Part shown: piece by piece, positions 63,491 to 64,000 of the stretch
Numbering within the stretch: position 1 is the first letter of the stretch
Layout of the letters: every line of letters starts with the position of its first letter
The notes under the pieces: generated by a model
Database searches by the model: none
Told to the model about the DNA's origin: nothing
Seen by the model: the letters and a program-made list of their open reading frames with translations, nothing else
Position numbers and translations under genes: made by a program
Origin: Centroscyllium fabricii
Taxonomy: Eukaryota
Direction: 5' to 3'
NCBI GenBank assembly: GCA_051313645.2
Contig: JBNRSN020000010.1
Coordinates: 114,638,001-114,702,000, forward strand
Length of the DNA stretch: 64,000 bases

Positions 63491-63980
63491 ACTGATGCCA
63501 AGTTATATTGTGTCCTCTAATATGAATACCTCTTTGGTGTGCAAGAGAAAACATAGAACTAGAAAACATCATTCAGCCCATTAAGGTCATGTTTTTCACA
63601 GACCACTAAGCATCTATTTTGTCACCAATTCTGCCTAATTTATTTAATCTCCTGAAGGAAAGTTGTGTGAAATTTCTCCTTAATCACTAAAGGAAGTCAA
63701 GCAAAGTTCCAGAATATCTGTCCATTCCCAGCAATTCAAACCATGTTCTTATCTTTTCATGGATAGCACTTCCTCAGTCACAGCACTATAGGAACCACTG
63801 GATTCAAATAAGTACTTGATAATTGTTATCCATGCATATCTTGTCATCTTCAACCCCATTACTAACCAGGTGTTTATTCAGTTCTCATTTGAAGGAATTA
63901 CTCAACACTGTGTTTATGCCTAATGTTAAATTTACCCATTTTAAATTGAAGTCCTGAGTTTCTACGCAGCGGGAAACGAT

Positions 63981-64000
63981 GGGGGGGATTTTCGCAAAGG
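63981..64000 (+). mobile_element. Probable left terminus of another Harbinger element, cut by the window edge
   Basis: GGGGGGGATTTTC is identical to the terminus at 53343. Confidence 0.5.

Overview
Vertebrate genomic DNA, almost certainly from a cartilaginous fish (shark), judging by HE1/V-SINE, DeuSINE, shark-type CR1 LINEs and abundant Harbingers. It contains one clear host gene, the intronless IRF2BPL (minus strand, ATG at 33352, 661 aa). The gene sits in a CpG island with a CRE-rich upstream region, and about 12 kb downstream of it carries no transposon I can recognise by eye and has 3'UTR-like sequence. The rest is a layered transposon landscape. DNA elements: a decayed Tigger and two Tigger-type MITEs, and a cluster of PIF/Harbinger elements (53.3-61.9 kb) with DDE transposase and spliced Myb/SANT partner genes. 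Retroelements: L2, CR1 and Rex1 LINEs (several nested), a Penelope fragment that keeps a minimal hammerhead ribozyme core, and old SINEs. Best leads are the hammerhead, an apparent second Myb-like relic gene inside a Harbinger, a composite MITE+Harbinger unit sharing one TSD, and a possibly very long IRF2BPL 3'UTR. All repeat-family names come from recalled motifs, not from database searches. No CRISPR or prokaryotic-type system is evident.
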